The notes beneath the pieces were generated by a model that saw only the letters and a list, made by a program, of their open reading frames with translations, made no database searches and was not told the origin of the DNA. Below are positions 41,715 to 46,297 of a stretch of DNA of 46,297 bases, in pieces. Origin of the DNA: Macrostomum lignano (Eukaryota); the NCBI GenBank assembly GCA_002269645.1, contig NIVC01002654.1, positions 57,371-103,667 on the forward strand, read 5' to 3'. A program made the translations under genes and the position numbers. How positions within the stretch are numbered: position 1 is the stretch's first letter; every line of letters starts with the position of its first letter.

Positions 41715-41935
41715 CTGCGAGATATGATAATAATCAAAATAGTAACTATAATAGTAATTAATTAGGATGCAGTACAGCAAAAGTACAAATGTACTTCAAG
41801 CTTAATGTTCGAACTAAAATACACGTGCGCCCTAAATTATTCTAAGTACATTTAGCTTAAAAGTACAAACGCACATAGAAAGTGCATGTGTACTTTTAGA
41901 AAAATTAATAACTAAAAGAACCAATCGATACCTAC

Positions 41936-42022
41936 CTCGCTTCCCTTGCTAGCATAGACAATGTACTGATTCTGTCCATCTATTTCGCCCGTGTACAGCT
42001 CCAACAGGCTGTAAGTCGCATT
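41936..42022 (-). CDS. PARP4: PARP4-like exon 4 (NATYSLLELYTGEIDGQNQYIVYASKGSE).
   Basis: Acceptor tatttcag|AAT and donor GAG|GTAGGT. 87 nt. Confidence 0.5.
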
Positions 42023-42101
42023 CTGAAATAATGAAATTCAATTCATAAATATAATTGTAGTTCACAGAGCAAGGTAGAGCTTCTAACAAATCTCTGCTGA
42101 C

Positions 42102-42223
42102 CTTGACAAAAATGGCGAACCGCAGCAGCTCGAATCGATCTGTTGGCGGTGATATCTTACTCGCCTCCGGAAAGTTGCTAACGTTTTGAACTCGAAATGA
42201 CGGCGTGTCCGATTTCTCGGGCA
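42102..42223 (-). CDS. PARP4: PARP4-like exon 3 (V-PEKSDTPSFRVQNVSNFPEASKISPPTDRFELLRFAIFVK).
   Basis: ORF 41949..42251. Acceptor ttctatcag|TG (phase 1, matching the BRCT-exon donor). Donor AAG|GTCAGC. Confidence 0.55.
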
Positions 42224-42597
42224 CTGATAGAATATTAAAATAGGCTTCCATTGCGAAATTTGAAAAAAGTGTTTAGAAAAAGACACGGCAAGTTTCCTTT
42301 ATTTTAACTGTATCCAAAAATTGATCCCTAAGTGCCGTTTTTATAAACGTGTGTCCAAGAGGGCCGTTCTATGAAAGTGTCACCAAAGGGGCCGTTTTAT
42401 AGAAGTGTCCCCAAAAGGAACGTTTATAATATTGTCGCCAAGGGGAAGTTTTTAATTTAAAAAATCAACTCCGATAAGGAACCTCTGAAGCCTAAATGAT
42501 ATGAATCATTCAGTATTACATTTGAAATCTCAAATCAAAAATAGTCTATAACCAAAAGACGAGTTCTCCCTAGACAAAATTGCTTCTGGTGACTCAC

Positions 42598-42793
42598 CCC
42601 TAACGGCTCCTTTCTCAAACAGTTCGCTGGCCGATTTTCCAGCCGCCAGGAATTCGTCAGTTCCAATCGGACGACCAGCGGCTAAGCAGGCGTCGAGAAA
42701 TCCGATTCGAACCACGGGCTTGCCAAGGCTGAGCGCCTGTCGAACTTTTGAGCACTGCAGGTCGACACCGTCGGATACCAGTAGGTAGTCAAT
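42598..42793 (-). CDS. PARP4: PARP4-like exon 2: BRCT domain (IDYLLVSDGVDLQCSKVRQALSLGKPVVRIGFLDACLAAGRPIG...).
   Basis: ORF 42530..42877. Strong acceptor ttttccctgccttctactcaccag|ATT at about 42793. Donor AGGG|GTGAGT (phase 1). Confidence 0.7.
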
Positions 42794-42844
42794 CTGGTGA
42801 GTAGAAGGCAGGGAAAATCTGTTCAGCACTTTGATTCCCAACCC

Positions 42845-43260
42845 TGCCAGCCAATCAGCGCACTGTCTTGTGTACACTGGCTGAGCCTTATCTAATATTA
42901 GCCAGCCAATCAGCGCACTGCTTGGTGTACACTGTCTGAACCTTATCTAATATCAGCCAGCCAATCAGTGCACTGCTTGGTGTACACTGGCTGAGCCTTA
43001 TCTAATATCAGCCAGCCAATCAGCGCACGGCTTGGTGTACACTGGCTGAGACTTATCTAATCTCAGCCAGCCAATGAGTGCACTGCCTGGTGTACACTGG
43101 CTGAGCCTTATCTAATCTCAGCCAGCCAATGAGTGCACTGCCTGGTGTACACTGGCTGAGCCTTATCTAATCTCAGCCAGCCAATGAGTGCACTGCTTGG
43201 TGTACACTGGCTGAGCCTTATCTGATCTCAGCCAGCCAATCAGCGCACTGCCTAGTTTAC
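42845..43260. repeat. 55-bp tandem repeat, about 7.5 copies (GCCAGCCAATCAGCGCACTGCTTGGTGTACACTGGCTGAGCCTTATCTAATATCA). Each unit carries a CCAAT-box-like AGCCAATCAG. It lies in the first intron of the PARP4-like gene.
   Basis: Direct observation. Confidence 0.9.
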
Positions 43261-43302
43261 ACTGTCTGAAACATTCCATATTATAATACCACAGCGAATT
43301 AC

Positions 43303-43572
43303 CTTCCTAGTGACAATGCAGGACACAATGCCGCCATTGGTCATGATTAATCGTCGATAATTCTGCTTGTCTTTGGGCCGAACGCCGCTGTCCAACAATA
43401 GCGCGAATTGAAGGCTATTCAGTGGACCAGACGCTTGCAAAGGTGGAGCCTGAGCAGTTGAAGCAGTAGCCTCACCTGAGACTGAGCTGGGCACGCCAAT
43501 ATTCTTGAGTGTTGGGAACAAGATTAAGAGGCTAATAGTTAATTTGAGCATTCTCATTGGATAGATATCCAA
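43303..43572 (-). CDS. PARP4: PARP4-like 5' exon (...LQFALLLDSGVRPKDKQNYRRLIMTNGGIVSCIVTRK; compare human FCLKVKYLPQQQKKKLQTDIKENGGKFSFSLNPQ). The start codon is not resolved.
   Basis: ORF 43252..43572. Donor AAG|GTAATT at about 43303. The upstream limit is uncertain. Confidence 0.5.
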
Positions 43573-46297
43573 ATAAAGGTAACTGAAAATAATTCTCTCA
43601 CCAGCGATAGAGGAAGAGGCTTTGCAGCAGAACTAATGCTTGGCTTGGTCAGCGAGTGCAACTTTGCTGTTGATGGAAGCAGAGATGGCAATGCATATAT
43701 ACTAGGAAATTTTAAATTTCATAATAAACCAGACTATTCTAAAGAGAGATTTAGGGCCCAACAGTTTGGGATATTTTTAGCCAATCCTACAAAACAGCCA
43801 ATGCTTTAGTGTTGCGTGGTTGCAAAATTGTAAGTAATATTAATAATATCTTACTTGACTGCATTTGTGGCTGGCATTTTGACAAGGCAGACATAACTAG
43901 CTTTGTTGAGTTGTTGTCAGCGCCAATCACTGGCTTTGGTTTTGAAGCATCCTTTCTAATTGAAGACACCTGCAGCTCTGTGGCCTGATTAGACTTAAAA
44001 GTGTCATGGCTTTGGGTTGTTGTAGGAGCCAGAAATTGGAAAACTGGATGCAATTCAGGCATGGTTGTGGAATAACATTTGCATGCAAATATTTTGGACA
44101 CTTGCTATGAGCTTATAATATTATAGGCCAACTAATTATATTTGTTAATTATTAATGCTATTAAGTTACTTAGTTGCATGGGGGTTGCAGCTTGGCATAC
44201 TTGGCTTAAAGCAAAATTGTTACATAGCTAGCAAGGAATTCCAAATTAGTCCTCTACTTGTTCTTCTATATTGGTATTATATTCAGATTATTTCAAATAT
44301 ACTCAACATTTATTATCAACAACATTGAAAGTCATTGTAAAAATTATTCAACATACACAGTTATTATAAGTTATATAGATAATCCAGCCAAAAAAATATA
44401 TTATTTATGTTTTTTTGATTTTACCTAACTTTTCACTTAAGTCATATTGTCTAAAATGCAAGGCATTATTTAAAAGTGAGGTAGTTATTTAATTCCTAAT
44501 TATTTTTATTTCTCTTGGATAAAGCACCCATTAATAAATGATTAAGAATTCTTTACAGCAATTTTTTACTATTGACAACATATAATATATTTGAATGATT
44601 GATCATTCTTCTATTATTGTTTGATTATATTTAAAAATAGTTTAATAATATGGGTAAATAATAATTCATAAAATTGGGAGACATTTTTTTAAGTTAAAAA
44701 TAATGATTTAATAGCCTATGGCAATGACTCAATAAGAAAGTTGCAAGTGTATAAGAATATAATAAGATCCCTTAAACAAAGTTTGTCCCAAAAAACTATA
44801 TAGTTGTGATTATATTACTCTAGTAGGTAAAAACAATTTAAAAACTTGAATATTGAAAAAAAATCGTCTATGGGTGCTGATTTGCAGAAAATGTAGCAAT
44901 ATTAATAGGCCTATAACGTACTTGCGAACAATGTCATTATGTCAATAAAGATACTTAAATAAAACAGTGAAGCAACAAGGCATTTAAAGATACTAAACTT
45001 AAAAAAATGAATTAGGAAGAACCATAGGATCTAGAGTGGACTAAAAATAAGTTGTAATAACGCGAAAGCAGTTCTTTGCATTAAGGAAGAAGTAAGAACC
45101 GAGGAAAGGAACCAATCCTGGTTAGAAAAAAGGATTATGAAATCATGCCCTCAATAACAATAGCAGCCAATGTATACACTTTTTGCTTCCTAACTAAAAT
45201 TAAAGTTTTTTTTAAACGAATATTGCATATATTTTTCGCCCGTAACCTGTTATTTCCAGAGAGAAACTGGTATATCTACACAAGTGACTAATCAAAACGC
45301 AATCTGAAACTTATAGATCCTCGCCGGGATATCCTGGAAATTGGACATTTCAAATTTTAGATGAAATATTTTTATACCAATGTAGTAAAAACTTGGCGCA
45401 CTTTTAAATTTCATATACTTTTTTGTTCAGGCTAAAGTATTTGTTTTCAATAAGAAAAAATAACTTTTAAAAATGTTTTTTATTTGTTGAGATGGTGAGT
45501 TCTCTTTTTTAAAAAGCATTCTTTGTTCCCGGAAATAGAATTCGTCGGTCGGTCCAAGGCGCAAGTTAGTTAGCAACATATGTGTTCTGGTGTTAGACAT
45601 GTCACCTTTTTAGTAGTCGTAGTTAATTTAGCAGCATATGAGTAATATATCACTTAGTAAATCGCTTTTTTTAAGTGGCTAGAGTTTTTTATTATTGTTA
45701 AAAAATCATGCGTCACCTCACATGTCATAATTGATTTCTATTCTATAAATAACCATGCCTAACAATCCTAACATGCATGCTTCGCATGTTCAGTTTTTGG
45801 AAATAGGCCATAGGTCTAGCCTACTTCAGTAATAATAGTGTTATTTATAATTAGTAAAAATGTATAGAAAATTCCTAAATACAATGTCAATGTGGTTTGG
45901 TGTATTCATACATATTTGTAAGCTAATTTAGGCCTACCAAATTAATTTACTAAAGAAATAAGTATTTATTGAACATTGCAAGAATTATAGGGATTTAGGA
46001 TTCTAGGAATTTAAGAATAAACTATCTACTTTGCTTAGGCCCTAAATCTAATGTTGCTAAGAGTAAAGTATACACTGCAAAAATGCCAAATAGGGGCCTT
46101 AATTTAAAAAAATATTGATATCTAAAAACAACAAATAAATGAATTAGACCTAATTCTAAGCAAATCAATATTGATAAATACTACCTAATTTTTATATCCT
46201 AATAAAATACTTCACTAAAACCTACCAACATATGCTAGGAGCATATATTGATATATGCTCTATTCTTTGCTCTATTTGACGCATTTATAGACCTATA

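Noticed and set aside
43787-44101. Minus-strand ORF of 104 aa upstream of PARP4-like exon 1 as a possible additional 5' coding exon.
   Set aside because: No recognisable similarity to the PARP4 N-terminus and no convincing splice junction in frame with the 43303-43572 exon. It is left unannotated.

Overview
This is eukaryotic (metazoan-type) nuclear DNA, not a prokaryotic locus. Coding sequence is split by GT-AG introns with good polypyrimidine/AG acceptors and GTRAGT donors. Introns are short and packed with minisatellite arrays, and there are tRNA-derived SINE copies and an LTR-retrotransposon remnant. Every gene I can recognise is on the minus strand.

From low to high coordinate:

- **NWD1-like gene (about 1540-9466).** A NACHT-WD40 STAND NTPase with 8 coding exons and roughly 1,950 codons. 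It has a DUF4062-type N-terminus, a [10 protein letters not shown]-loop, an [12 protein letters not shown] Walker B motif and a 2.7-kb WD-repeat exon. Its last intron carries a 1.2-kb minisatellite that is itself split by a SINE.
- **BEL/Pao LTR-retrotransposon remnant (about 11515-14320).** It is internally deleted: gag with a Zn-knuckle runs straight into the integrase core, with no PR/RT. It has roughly 85-100-bp LTRs and a tRNA-Lys-type primer-binding site (TGGCGCCCGAACA).
- **Perfect 221-bp inverted repeat (14694-15287)** with a 152-bp loop.
- **Two-exon SLC16/MCT-like transporter gene (16407-19350).** Its intron is filled by a 1.4-kb 20-bp minisatellite.
- **Three 3'-terminal exons encoding an Hsp70 substrate-binding-domain-like C-terminus (20339-22716).** No nucleotide-binding domain is visible upstream.
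- **About 9 kb of higher-order repeat (23.6-32.6 kb).** Symmetric phase-1 mini-exon families (A, B and C, three copies each) alternate with 14-, 9-, 30- and 24-bp minisatellites. This stretch also holds an actin-derived exon and a ubiquitin-like exon.
- **PARP4 (vault PARP)-like gene (about 32.6-43.6 kb).** At least 16 exons encode BRCT, PARP helical and catalytic, VIT and VWA domains and a C-terminal region. The reading frame continues from these into the ubiquitin-like exon.

I call no rRNA, tRNA or CRISPR features. Splice-site coordinates are read by eye and may be off by a few nucleotides.
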